In this document: positions 45,502-54,313 of the stretch, in pieces
Layout of the letters: each line of letters begins with the position of its first letter
Numbering within the stretch: the first letter of the stretch is position 1
Virus record (IMG/VR): IMGVR_UViG_3300043395_001470
Location: 1 to 54,313 of that record
Length of the DNA stretch: 54,313 nt
DNA from: a virus
Taxonomy: Duplodnaviria > Caudoviricetes
Reading direction: 5' to 3' (one strand)
Translations under genes and position numbers: made by a program
The notes under the pieces: model-generated
Seen by the model: only the letters and a program-made list of their open reading frames with translations
Database searches by the model: none
What the model was told of the DNA's origin: nothing

Positions 45502-45881
45502 TGGCACAAGGTTTCGGACAAGACGTTCAGAGACAATCACCAAGAATATCTCAACTTAAAAGAAAGTTGGATGGTTCTGAAGATGCCGACCTAATTATGA
45601 TGAGTATTATGGAAGTATTCCGAGAAATAGAATACGTTCCTGATCCTGGTAACTATTATACTTTTATATACATACCTAAAACTCCAGATATTCAATACGA
45701 TGAACACCCATTAGTTGCTGTAACCGAAGTACAACGATGGGGATTCCGTGGGTTTAATTATCACTGGAGAATGATGAGAAACTATACCTGGCAAGAAGTA
45801 GCAGGAGCACTTCATTTAGTAAAGTCAAATGAGATTGATTATCTTCGTTCATTACCTTATGGAAAAATCAGGACTAAATAG
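45501..45881 (+). CDS. gp2: DNA end protector gp2-like
   Basis: YTFIYIPKT...YDEHPLV...GFRGFNYHW; adjacent to gp4. Confidence 0.7.
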   Translation: MAQGFGQDVQRQSPRISQLKRKLDGSEDADLIMMSIMEVFREIEYVPDPGNYYTFIYIPKTPDIQYDEHPLVAVTEVQRWGFRGFNYHWRMMRNYTWQEVAGALHLVKSNEIDYLRSLPYGKIRTK

Positions 45882-45896
45882 ATAAAAAAGTCCATA

Positions 45897-47099
45897 ATGG
45901 CTGAATCTAAACCATATCTTTTACCTAATACTCAGGGAAGATATGTTACGGTTACTGTTACGAATACCAATGGTTCCGTTTTTAGGATAAATGATGATGG
46001 AACTAGAACGATTTATGGTGACTATTCTGTAGAAAATGGAAATACGATATTAGAAGCATCTACATTTTCATCACCAGAGTTTCAAAGAAACTTAGCACAA
46101 AATTCTCAAGGATATAATCGCACAATCAGTGGTTCTATTTTAGAAGCAAACGGACAAACTAATTCACAACCAGATCCGAATGGTCCTGGAGCACCTGGAG
46201 GTTCTACTCCAACTAATAAAGATAGTAATGGTTCTCCAACTGCTCCCAGTGGTGGTGGAGGAATATTAAGATATCCTCTGAATAATACTAGAGGTTATGA
46301 TTACTTATTAATAAGCACATATAGAAGAACACCAGCAGCAAATCTTTTAGGTGGAACTGGGTTTAATTTAGGTGATGTTGATGATGTTGCTGCAACTAAA
46401 GTTGGTGGTCCAGATATTGCCTTACCTATGCAACCAGGAATTTCGGATAGCAATTCCGTTGACTGGGGTGCTGATCAGTTAAATCCACTTCAACTAGCTG
46501 GAGCAAGAGTTGCCGCTGGTTTAATAGGAGGATTATCTAATCTTGATCTTGGAGGGGCTGGGGCAGAAGCTATGACACAAATAAAATCTTCTTTATCTCA
46601 AGCAGGATTAGATTTGACAGAAACCGATATTAAGGCATACTTTGCAGGTCAAGCAGTAGGGGCAAATATCTTTACTCGTGCTACTGGTAAGGTCATAAAT
46701 CCAAACCTTGAGTTGTTATTCAGAGGACCACAACTTAGAACCTTTAATTATAACTACACTTTTACTCCACGAGATCCTGATGAAGCAAAAGTTATACGAT
46801 CAATAATAAAGCACTTTAAGAAAAATATGGCAGTTCAAAGAAGCAATTCTGGACTGTTCTTAGAAACACCAAATATTTTTGAATTAAAGTACATATATTC
46901 TGGTGGTGGTCAACATCCATTCTTGAATAAAATTAAAAAATGTGCTCTTACAAACTTTAATGTTGAGTACACTCCAGATGGAAGTTATATGACATATAGA
47001 GATGGGTCTATGACTTCATATAACGTCAGTATGCAGTTCTCAGAACTCACTCCAATATATTCTGAAAATTACAAAGACACCGACGATATGGGTTACTAA
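45897..47099 (+). CDS. gp48: Baseplate tail-tube cap gp48
   Basis: LPMQPGISDSNSVDW...NPNLELLFRGPQLRTFNY...CALTNFNVEYTP...MQFSELTPI. Confidence 0.85.
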   Translation: MAESKPYLLPNTQGRYVTVTVTNTNGSVFRINDDGTRTIYGDYSVENGNTILEASTFSSPEFQRNLAQNSQGYNRTISGSILEANGQTNSQPDPNGPGAPGGSTPTNKDSNGSPTAPSGGGGILRYPLNNTRGYDYLLISTYRRTPAANLLGGTGFNLGDVDDVAATKVGGPDIALPMQPGISDSNSVDWGADQLNPLQLAGARVAAGLIGGLSNLDLGGAGAEAMTQIKSSLSQAGLDLTETDIKAYFAGQAVGANIFTRATGKVINPNLELLFRGPQLRTFNYNYTFTPRDPDEAKVIRSIIKHFKKNMAVQRSNSGLFLETPNIFELKYIYSGGGQHPFLNKIKKCALTNFNVEYTPDGSYMTYRDGSMTSYNVSMQFSELTPIYSENYKDTDDMGY

Positions 47100-47101
47100 A
47101 A

Positions 47102-48124
47102 ATGGCAAGACCTTACTTCAGACAAGTTCCTAACTTTGAATATGTCAGCAGAAACTCTGGAGAACAAAACATCTCCGATTATATTGCTGTCAAAAATCTT
47201 TTCAAGAGAGGAAAGTTAAGAGATGATATCTTCGGAAATCTTAACTACTTCACAAAGTATAAGATCGTCGGTGATGAAAGACCTGATAATGTTGCATTTA
47301 AATTGTATGGAGATTCAACTCTTGATTGGGTTGTTCTTCTCTCCAATAACATTCTGAATATTCAAACAGAATGGCCTATGACTCAGAAAACCTTTGATCA
47401 AGTTATGCTTGAAAAATATGGTTCTTACGAAAATCTTTACTCTGGTATTCATCATTATGAAACAGAAGAAATTAGAGATTCTAAAGGAAGAATAGTTCTC
47501 AGAAGTGGACTCAGGATCTCACCAACTTGGAAAACAAACGGTAACTTTGTAGAGATTGTCAACTCTCAGATTGCTGTTATCTCATCAGGAGATTCAGTGA
47601 ATCCTTCATCAACTGTAACTGTTTATCTTGTAAATGGTATTCCTGGATTGGAAATAGGAAGTCAAGTTGCAATCAATAATGTTACCGAGAATCAATACAA
47701 TGGAAGACAAGTTGTAACAGAAATCCTTGCTCAGAATGGAAATGTTGTAACTGGTTTTAGATACAAACTATCATTTACTCCAAATATTGCATCTCCAACA
47801 TTATCAAATCCAAGAAAAGAAGAAGCATTATTCTTAGTTCCAGAAACATCTGCAGTTACAGCAAACTCTTATTATTATGAGTATTGGGATGCTGGTCTTG
47901 GATATTCAGTCTATGTTCCATCAACTTCTTTTGTGTCAACAGTAACCAATCACGAATACGAACTTCAGATTCAACAAGAAAGAAGAAATATTTTTACTCT
48001 GAAACCACAATATCTGAATGTCATCTTTAATGATCTCGATGATATTATGCCATATAAAAAAGGTGGCAGTCAGTATGTGAATGCCACCTTGAAGAGAGGA
48101 GAAAATATTAGACTGTTTGAATAG
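47102..48124 (+). CDS. gp53: Baseplate wedge subunit gp53
   Basis: YFRQVPNFEY...DERPDNVAFKLYGD...WVVLLSN...EWP...HHYET. Confidence 0.85.
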   Translation: MARPYFRQVPNFEYVSRNSGEQNISDYIAVKNLFKRGKLRDDIFGNLNYFTKYKIVGDERPDNVAFKLYGDSTLDWVVLLSNNILNIQTEWPMTQKTFDQVMLEKYGSYENLYSGIHHYETEEIRDSKGRIVLRSGLRISPTWKTNGNFVEIVNSQIAVISSGDSVNPSSTVTVYLVNGIPGLEIGSQVAINNVTENQYNGRQVVTEILAQNGNVVTGFRYKLSFTPNIASPTLSNPRKEEALFLVPETSAVTANSYYYEYWDAGLGYSVYVPSTSFVSTVTNHEYELQIQQERRNIFTLKPQYLNVIFNDLDDIMPYKKGGSQYVNATLKRGENIRLFE

Positions 48125-48626
48125 ATTTTTTATTCCAAGGAATCCTTCCTTTGGTTGCTTCACTTATTTTTCTTTTAGTTTCTTCAGAATGTTTCTTTCC
48201 AGGTTTACCTTTTCTTTCTTGATGAATTTTTCTAAGTCTTTCTATACCCTCTGGAGTTTGTCTCGGTTTTCCTTTATTAGACTCTCCAATTTTTCTTTTA
48301 TGACTTTCACTAAGTTTTCTTCCTTTTAAGGAAGCACACATTTTTCTCCTTTCTTCATCCATAATAACACCAGAAACTCCATCACCACCATTTGTCTTAT
48401 TGTGAAGGATTCCAGTTCCTAAATCTTTTCTTCCAAACACAGCAATCATATAGATTTCGTGCTTAAATGCTTCTTCTTCAGTTAGATTTTGTTTGAGGAA
48501 CATTCTTTTATTTTTTTCTGGTGGATAAAATCCATTATGCTTTTGGTGGATTCTTCTACCTTTACCTTTACCAACATAATAAGGAGTTCCATCTTCACGC
48601 AAATAGGCGTAAGTGTAATAATTCAT
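48108..48626 (-). CDS. GIY-YIG-like homing endonuclease with NUMOD3 repeats
   Basis: YYTYAYLREDGTPYYVGKG...E..MI..FGR...LHNKTNGGDG; HSEETKRKIS. Confidence 0.8.
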   Translation of the reverse strand: MNYYTYAYLREDGTPYYVGKGKGRRIHQKHNGFYPPEKNKRMFLKQNLTEEEAFKHEIYMIAVFGRKDLGTGILHNKTNGGDGVSGVIMDEERRKMCASLKGRKLSESHKRKIGESNKGKPRQTPEGIERLRKIHQERKGKPGKKHSEETKRKISEATKGRIPWNKKSIQTV

Positions 48627-48659
48627 AATTCTACTCTGTAAGTCGCAATATTATTTATA

Positions 48660-48709
48660 CAAGAAAAGGTGCCGAAGCACCCTTTCCACCCATAATGCGA
48701 CTTACAGGT
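48660..48709 (-). ncRNA. Predicted HEG-associated antisense small RNA, copy 3
   Basis: CTAAATA at 48715-48721; UUCG-loop terminator 48663-48686; segment 48696-48707 complementary (12/12) to the leader at 48636-48647. Confidence 0.5.
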
Positions 48710-48717
48710 AATGTTAT

Positions 48718-49653
48718 TTAGTCGTTGGCTAAACGAGAAAAATATGCCATCGCATCATCTTCATCCTCATCAGAAGTTTCAATCTTAGGAAGTGAAGGAG
48801 ACTTGCTGCGAGCAAAGGATTGCTCCAGTTCTGCAATCACATTCTCTTCCTTAGAAGGAGTTTGAGTGTAAGATTCATACTCATCTTCCTGCTCTTGAAC
48901 AGCAGCACGAGCAGACTTCTGACCCAGAACATACTTCAGACGCTTCTCAAGATCCTCATAAGACTTGAACTGATCAGGAGCAACGATAGCAGAGAGAGAA
49001 TACTCTTTCTTCCAAAGTGCTTCAAGTGCGTCATCATCATCCAGCAGTGCAGAAGGAGAATCAAACTCAGACTTATCATAGTTCCAGTAACCTTCAACCT
49101 TACGAATCTTCAGACGGAAGTTTGCTCCACCCCAGAAATCAAAAGGATTGATAGGTTCTTCATCTTCAAACTCAGGTTGCATTGCATTCAGGATCTTATC
49201 AAAGATCTTCTTACCAAACTTGAACAGGAAGACTTTACCTTCGTTCTCAGGATGGGCAGGATCCTTTACAACGTAGATGTTTGCAAAGTAAGACAGTTTG
49301 CGCTTCTGCTTACGAACAGTTTCTTTATCCTTCTCACTACCACTGTTCCAGAGTTCACGGTTGTGCTCGGACACAGGATCCTTCTGACCAATAGTAGTCA
49401 GAGAGTTCTCGATGTACCAACCACCGTTACCTTGGAATGCATGAGAATACATCTTGACCCAGGGGAGTTCTTCACCTTCAGGTGCAGGAAGGAAACGAAT
49501 AATTGCGGAACCAACACCAGTCTTATCCATTTCTGGTTTCCAGAAACGTTCATCAGCACCACCAGAACCAGTGCTCATTTTTTCTACTTCCTTCACCAGT
49601 TTCTCAGTGAGAGAACCCAGTTTAGATTGCTTTTTCAGATTTTCGAAAGACAT
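48718..49653 (-). CDS. gp32: Single-stranded DNA-binding protein gp32
   Basis: DERFWKP...IRFLP...HAFQG.GGWYIENS...FGKKIFDKI...GANFRLK...NYDKSEF; acidic tail. Confidence 0.95.
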   Translation of the reverse strand: MSFENLKKQSKLGSLTEKLVKEVEKMSTGSGGADERFWKPEMDKTGVGSAIIRFLPAPEGEELPWVKMYSHAFQGNGGWYIENSLTTIGQKDPVSEHNRELWNSGSEKDKETVRKQKRKLSYFANIYVVKDPAHPENEGKVFLFKFGKKIFDKILNAMQPEFEDEEPINPFDFWGGANFRLKIRKVEGYWNYDKSEFDSPSALLDDDDALEALWKKEYSLSAIVAPDQFKSYEDLEKRLKYVLGQKSARAAVQEQEDEYESYTQTPSKEENVIAELEQSFARSKSPSLPKIETSDEDEDDAMAYFSRLAND

Positions 49654-49701
49654 TTGTATACCTCGGATTGTTTGGATTTGGCCTTTGTGTACCCCATCAG
49701 T

Positions 49702-50046
49702 CTACAGGTCGGAACCTGTCTTGTCAATACGTTCCTTCATGGTCTCCAGCAGTTGTGTCATGTTGTTAAAAATGACATTCATATCAACATGAGGAGGAAG
49801 ACCCATCATCTGAGCAGACTCTTTGATTCTTTCTTTCATCTTGATTGCCTCAGGATCATCAGAAAGTTTCAAACGAGTATAAAGAATCTGTTGTTTGTTT
49901 AACAGTTTTTCCAGAAGAGAAACATGAAACAACTTTTCCTCCTTTGTCATTCGAGGAAATTCAAATACATTTCTGTATACATCTTCTTGTAATGTTGAGA
50001 TTTCAGCCATCTCAGCACGAACAAGATCGGAATCAAAAAAACTCAT
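49702..50046 (-). CDS. Conserved cyanophage protein (DUF1825-like)
   Basis: MSFFDSDLVR...KQQILYTRLKLSDDPEA. Confidence 0.7.
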   Translation of the reverse strand: MSFFDSDLVRAEMAEISTLQEDVYRNVFEFPRMTKEEKLFHVSLLEKLLNKQQILYTRLKLSDDPEAIKMKERIKESAQMMGLPPHVDMNVIFNNMTQLLETMKERIDKTGSDL

Positions 50047-50633
50047 GTTCCTCCAACAATCTGCTTGAGTATCTTTTTGTAATGGAATACATCTATATGT
50101 AGGAACGGAGAATATTTTTTCATTTTCAAACTGACGGTTTCCCACACAGGATCTTTTAATTTCTTATCAAAGTTTTTCCCGAACAGGAATATTTTGTCGT
50201 ATATGACTAGTGTTTCTATGCTAATTTTCCCGATCAGGAACATCTTTAAAAGGGGTGGATGTCCCTTAGAACAGTCAAAGACTTCTTCAAACTTATTTTC
50301 AAATAGTTGTTGAGACTCTTCCTTAAACAAATAGGATAGAGATTGTATTCTTTTTTGCCAAGACTTATATCGAGATTCCCCCTCTTTAATCATCTCTCCA
50401 ATCCATACAGTCTGAGGATCAGTACAACTTACAAAGTTTGCTACAAAGAAATCTATCACTTCCTTATCTTCTTTCTGTCGTGATAGTTTCTCAAACCAAT
50501 AACGATCCTTCCTCTTGTAGAAGGACTGAAGAGATGCACGACTTTTACCTTGATACTTGTGATAATCGTAAGAATCTTTTGTAAAGTGATTCTTTAGGGC
50601 AAGGTAAGTCTTATAAGTATCAAAAGGCACCAT
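50043..50633 (-). CDS. gp59: Helicase loader gp59
   Basis: YLALKNHFT...YDYHKYQGK...FYKRKDRYWFEKL; synteny with gp33 and gp32. Confidence 0.85.
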   Translation of the reverse strand: MVPFDTYKTYLALKNHFTKDSYDYHKYQGKSRASLQSFYKRKDRYWFEKLSRQKEDKEVIDFFVANFVSCTDPQTVWIGEMIKEGESRYKSWQKRIQSLSYLFKEESQQLFENKFEEVFDCSKGHPPLLKMFLIGKISIETLVIYDKIFLFGKNFDKKLKDPVWETVSLKMKKYSPFLHIDVFHYKKILKQIVGGT

Positions 50634-50635
50634 TC

Positions 50636-50693
50636 AAAAAAGTAATATAGTGATTTTTTGCCGGGAATTTTTTCCCCCTAAAATGGAATTAAA
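50636..50693. repeat. Dispersed intergenic element, copy B
   Basis: Matches 33224-33282. Confidence 0.75.
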
Positions 50694-50946
50694 AGACTAA
50701 TCTGGCACGAGAAGTCTTCTTAAGGAAGTTTAACTCCATAGCCTCGTACTTGATCTTTTCCTTAAGAGGTTTGGAAATAAGTTTCGGAACAGACTCAACA
50801 TCAATGCTATTCTTTTCACAGAAGTGAACGATAGCATCAATGTAATTCATGTCTTCATTATGTTGCACGAGATTCTCGATCTCTTGGGCAAATCGAGAAG
50901 GGCAGAAAAACTTATTCTCTAATGCTTTTTCTAATTCATTCTCCAT
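50689..50946 (-). CDS. gp33: Late transcription coactivator gp33
   Basis: FAQEIE...YIDAIVHFCE...LISKPLKEKIKYEAMELNFLK. Confidence 0.85.
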   Translation of the reverse strand: MENELEKALENKFFCPSRFAQEIENLVQHNEDMNYIDAIVHFCEKNSIDVESVPKLISKPLKEKIKYEAMELNFLKKTSRARLVF

Positions 50947-51016
50947 TTGACCTAACACAGTGATGTACAATCTTTTTCCTCAACTTTTGTTCATTCTAAC
51001 ATATAAAAATATAAAG

Positions 51017-51691
51017 TCAAGAAACCTGCTGGAGTTTATCGTTAACAAATTTCTTGATGTATTGTGTAAGCAGTCTTATGTATTTTGTTTTGTCGTATTC
51101 TTCGTAAACTTCTACTTCTCCATTTTCACAAGTCATGATAATCACGAACTTCTTTACGGATAATCCAGTGAGTTCATGAAGCATACAAGCATATGCGCAG
51201 CACTGAACAAAGTATCCGTCAATCCACTCTCGTGGTTTTGGTTGTTTAGAAGTTTTAAAATCGATGATTGATAGTTCTCCATCAAATTCAGCAATACAAT
51301 CTACAGTGCCAGCAACACCTAAGTATTGACTATAAAGAGAACCTTCAAGAGCATAAATATTATTTATACGATTAAGAGCAGGTTTTGCAATCTTAAATAA
51401 GTGTTCGGAAATCGGTTGAACATCGGATAAATTCCGATTATGTAAGTAATCTTCAACAAGTGTATGAAGATCTGTTCCCCGACTTGTAGCCTTACGAGTA
51501 ATCTTATCTGCTTCCTCTTCACCAACCTTGGCTCTCCAAGAAGCAAACTTTTCTTTACTATAATGACTGATGACAGAAGTGATAGAAACGAACTTTTGGA
51601 GTTCTTCTAAGGTAGGAACCTTATAATAACGAACTCCATCAATCATCTCCCTCTCAAGTTGAGGGAGATTCAATTCAACATGATTAAACAT
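51017..51691 (-). CDS. PD-(D/E)XK exonuclease
   Basis: SITSV...RGTDLH...AGTVDCIAEFDGELSIIDFKTS...Q..AY. Confidence 0.8.
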   Translation of the reverse strand: MFNHVELNLPQLEREMIDGVRYYKVPTLEELQKFVSITSVISHYSKEKFASWRAKVGEEEADKITRKATSRGTDLHTLVEDYLHNRNLSDVQPISEHLFKIAKPALNRINNIYALEGSLYSQYLGVAGTVDCIAEFDGELSIIDFKTSKQPKPREWIDGYFVQCCAYACMLHELTGLSVKKFVIIMTCENGEVEVYEEYDKTKYIRLLTQYIKKFVNDKLQQVS

Positions 51692-52440
51692 CAGAGATTC
51701 AATTCCATTTTAGCAACAAGATATTCCTTACACAAACCTGAACGAACAATATCTTCTACACCAAACTCAATCATAGACATAGAAGGCATGACTCTCAGAA
51801 TACGCATGAAGTCAACGATACCATTGCGTTCATTAGTCTTCACGAGGTCCGACTGAGTTGCATCACCACAGAACATGATTTTAGAGTTCTCACCAACACG
51901 GGTGATAATCGAATCAAGTTCGTGGAAGTTCAAGTTTTGAAATTCATCTACAATAATGATTGCATTGTCCAGAGTAGTTCCCCGAATAAAAGAAGTACTC
52001 CAAAAACTAATCGTTCCTTGAGTTTTGAGGTTCCCATAGAGCATTTCGAAAGCAGAATCGTCTGGCATTTCGAACATGTATTTAACCATGTTCTTATAAG
52101 GAATCTGATAAAGACTTGACTTATCTTCGTGGTCTCCAGGTAGGAATCCAATCTCTCGTGTTGCTACCAGAGAACGAACAAGATAAATCTTTTCGTAAGG
52201 AGTCTTCTCATCAAGAACATCACGCAGAGCATTGTAAAGTGTGATGAAAGTCTTACCAGTACCAGCAGCACCGTAAGCTACAACATTTTGTTCAAGTTTA
52301 TATTGTTTAAATAATGCCTCCTGATTATCTGTCAAAGGATCAATCGTCTTCATTATGTCGAGATTGATTGGCTTCTTGCGTTTCATTTGTCTGTTGCTCA
52401 TTCCAAATGGTACAGGATTCGGTGCTCTTTTACGTGCCAT
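51691..52440 (-). CDS. phoH: PhoH family ATPase
   Basis: GAAGTGKT, REIGFLPG, FIRGTT, DEFQN, GDATQSDL, DIVRSG. Confidence 0.93.
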   Translation of the reverse strand: MARKRAPNPVPFGMSNRQMKRKKPINLDIMKTIDPLTDNQEALFKQYKLEQNVVAYGAAGTGKTFITLYNALRDVLDEKTPYEKIYLVRSLVATREIGFLPGDHEDKSSLYQIPYKNMVKYMFEMPDDSAFEMLYGNLKTQGTISFWSTSFIRGTTLDNAIIIVDEFQNLNFHELDSIITRVGENSKIMFCGDATQSDLVKTNERNGIVDFMRILRVMPSMSMIEFGVEDIVRSGLCKEYLVAKMELNL

Positions 52441-52443
52441 ATA

Positions 52444-52692
52444 TTAAATTTTAAAAGGTTTTACAGTTGCTCCAGGCATTTTTGAAGCCTTACGAAGGAC
52501 TTCATTCCACCCTGGATTTTTCTTGACAAGTTTTTCTTGCCACTCACCCACCTCACCAACTCCAGCACATCCTTGAGACCAGTCTTTGTCCCAATCTGGG
52601 TTATCCTTTCTCCATTGTTCATAATCAGCAACTGACATAACAAGTTCTTGTGTATCACCTGTCTTTAAATTTTTAACTGGATATACTGGCAT
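52444..52692 (-). CDS. Conserved hypothetical protein
   Basis: ORF track. Confidence 0.75.
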   Translation of the reverse strand: MPVYPVKNLKTGDTQELVMSVADYEQWRKDNPDWDKDWSQGCAGVGEVGEWQEKLVKKNPGWNEVLRKASKMPGATVKPFKI

Positions 52693-52717
52693 GATTTAAA
52701 ATAATGTATAGGGATAT

Positions 52718-53437
52718 TTATTCGATAGTAATAGATGGGGCATCAACACATTCAGAGCATCCCTCACGAGTCCAACCAAGTGCTTCAGATACAGCAGGGA
52801 ACTGGCAAGTGAAGATACAACGAACGAGTTCTGCAATCTCCATGTGTTCCTTCTGTGTACCATGAGCAGATCGCAGATCGATATAATGGATCCACGACCT
52901 TACAGAACCGGTCATATAGAGTCTTGTGGGGGTCGCCAAGGGCAGTACAAACCTTGCACACTCCTTTGCCACACCTTTATCAAGAAGACGATTGTAGAGT
53001 CGCAGAGCATTCTCAAAATGAACTCGGATATCTTCTGTCAGAGTCAGTTTTAAATAGTCAGGAATATCATCAATACTGTTCTGACGATTCTTAGTGTCCT
53101 GACGACGAAGTTCAGGAAGAGGAATTGTCTTATTCAGAAGATTAGTATCAGCATATCGTTGCGAAAATTCTTGATATGTGAAGGACCTATGGCGCAAAAT
53201 TTGTGCTGCAATACCACGAGTCGTATTGATCTCTACAGTCATTGATGCTTGCTCAAAGATGCTCCAGTGCTGATGCTGAATACAATACTTGAGTAGTCCA
53301 GAGAACTTTTCATTCTCCTGATTGGCAGGGTTACTTACGCGAGCACAATATGCCATGTGCTTTTCTGCGTCAGGAGTAACACTGATTAGTTTTACTTCTG
53401 GTTTCATAAACTCAAATTCTTCAATCTGGGTATCCAT
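52718..53437 (-). CDS. thyX: Flavin-dependent thymidylate synthase
   Basis: HWSIFE, RHRSFTYQEFSQRY ThyX motif, ECARFVLP, TQKEH. Confidence 0.93.
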   Translation of the reverse strand: MDTQIEEFEFMKPEVKLISVTPDAEKHMAYCARVSNPANQENEKFSGLLKYCIQHQHWSIFEQASMTVEINTTRGIAAQILRHRSFTYQEFSQRYADTNLLNKTIPLPELRRQDTKNRQNSIDDIPDYLKLTLTEDIRVHFENALRLYNRLLDKGVAKECARFVLPLATPTRLYMTGSVRSWIHYIDLRSAHGTQKEHMEIAELVRCIFTCQFPAVSEALGWTREGCSECVDAPSITIE

Positions 53438-53591
53438 CGTCGTCCTCAAAGATTTCATCATAGTCGGTAATGTGAGGAACAATGTCCTCATAGTTCATGT
53501 AAGAATCAACATCAGAATAAACTTCTGACTTAAGGCAATCAACAAGAGATTCCAGATTCCTAATGATTAGTTTTAGTCTTTCTTTGTCCAT
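53421..53591 (-). CDS. Hypothetical protein
   Basis: Likely start MDKERLKL. Confidence 0.65.
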   Translation of the reverse strand: MDKERLKLIIRNLESLVDCLKSEVYSDVDSYMNYEDIVPHITDYDEIFEDDDGYPD

Positions 53592-53613
53592 CTCATGAAC
53601 CTCCACAAAGGTA

Positions 53614-53655
53614 ATTATAAGTAAAAAAAAGAGGAGTGTCAAGCACTCCTCTTTT
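53614..53655 (-). promoter_or_regulatory. sigma70-type promoter TTGACA-17-TATAAT overlapping a terminator hairpin
   Basis: -35 at 53637-53642 lies in the GAGGAGTG/CACTCCTC hairpin; -10 at 53614-53619. Confidence 0.7.
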
Positions 53656-53660
53656 AACAT

Positions 53661-53978
53661 TTAATCTCTTTGACGCCAATCTTCTGGTTTATCTCCTGTA
53701 AAGAAATCGATAATATCATCAGCACCATTAAATCCAGTGCGATGATTTGAAGGATCAGGATCACCCAAATCCAATGCATTCATAAAGTCATCCAGACTAC
53801 CCTCTTGCATATCTGGATTTGCAGCACGGCGTCTTGCTTGCCTTAACATTGTTGCAGCAGAACGATTTGCCTTTGCAAGTTTTTCTGCCCATATCATTTC
53901 ACTTAACTCTACGGATTCACCTTTAACAATTCTCTCGCAGATTGCTTCAAGGCGTAAACGATATTGAGTAGAGAGCAT
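53661..53978 (-). CDS. Conserved hypothetical protein
   Basis: ORF track; MLSTQYRLRLE...DWRQRD. Confidence 0.75.
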   Translation of the reverse strand: MLSTQYRLRLEAICERIVKGESVELSEMIWAEKLAKANRSAATMLRQARRRAANPDMQEGSLDDFMNALDLGDPDPSNHRTGFNGADDIIDFFTGDKPEDWRQRD

Positions 53979-54005
53979 ATACTTCTCCAGATATAGTATA
54001 TTTAG

Positions 54006-54313
54006 TTAACGCTCAATATAACTTAAGGTGTGATCTTGAGCATATAGTTGTTCAATAATAATATCACATCCAATTTTAGGATTACAATCTCCACAGGTAT
54101 AAACATCCACTGCTGCTTTACCTTCTTCAGGCCAAGTATGAATACTAATATGACTTTCAGATAATAAACAAATCACAGTAACACCTTGTGGTTCAAACTT
54201 CTTAGAGATAGTCTGAACCACAGTGGCACCACTGGCAGCAGCAGCATTTTCTAATAAGTCAATAAGACATTTTTCATCGTCCAAAAGAACGAAAGAACAT
54301 CCGTAAAGATTTA
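54006..54313 (-). CDS. speD: S-adenosylmethionine decarboxylase proenzyme (5' truncated by window end)
   Basis: FEPQGVT...LSESHISIHTWPE...AAVDVYTCG; frame stays open to the window edge. Confidence 0.88.
   Translation of the reverse strand, partial: NLYGCSFVLLDDEKCLIDLLENAAAASGATVVQTISKKFEPQGVTVICLLSESHISIHTWPEEGKAAVDVYTCGDCNPKIGCDIIIEQLYAQDHTLSYIER

Noticed and set aside
11864-48721. CRISPR-like or TIGR-like array reading of the three HEG cassettes
   Set aside because: Copies are single and dispersed, not tandem repeat-spacer units, and no Cas-type effector is present. The only target seen for each variable segment is the adjacent leader.
48820-49902. 360-aa plus-strand ORF antisense to gp32
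   Set aside because: Shadow ORF opposite a conserved, codon-biased gene; L/F/I-rich composition, no promoter or RBS.
51017-51691. Cas4/CRISPR association of the exonuclease
   Set aside because: Core cyanomyovirus PD-(D/E)XK nuclease beside phoH; no array and no clear four-Cys cluster pattern.
1-54313. Stop-codon reassignment
   Set aside because: Core genes (gp32, phoH, thyX, gp48, gp53) translate full length in the standard code and end in TAA, TAG or TGA; no suppressor tRNA seen.

Overview
This window is part of a T4-like cyanomyovirus genome (AT-rich, mostly minus-strand coding). The host assignment rests on cp12, phoH, speD, thyX and the T4 core genes. Layout: (i) about 1-12 kb, a dense array of small early hypothetical genes; (ii) about 12.5-31 kb, a tail-fibre/adhesin island that contains a glycosyltransferase, a carbamoyltransferase and two 2OG-Fe(II) oxygenases; (iii) a Mom-like GNAT, tRNA-Thr and tRNA-Leu; (iv) a baseplate/tail block (gp5, gp27-like, lysozyme and M23 hub proteins, gp51-like, gp26, tube-like, gp4, gp2, gp48, gp53); (v) gp32, gp59, gp33, an exonuclease, phoH, thyX and a partial speD. 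Five free-standing homing endonuclease genes (HEGs) are interspersed. The strongest novel signal is a conserved cassette upstream of three different HEGs: late promoter - short stem-loop RNA with a variable 10-13 nt segment - terminator - second late promoter - exact complement of that variable segment - AGTAGAA-ATG. This suggests cognate antisense small RNAs controlling each endonuclease. Other candidates: TAGW-N7-ACTA sites bounding a GC-rich tail-fibre tip cassette, a lambda G/GT-type -1 frameshift joining gp26 to the gp51-like ORF, T4-like capsid-targeting N-termini, and a possible adhesin-modification cluster. All functional calls come from motif recognition; no database searches were run.
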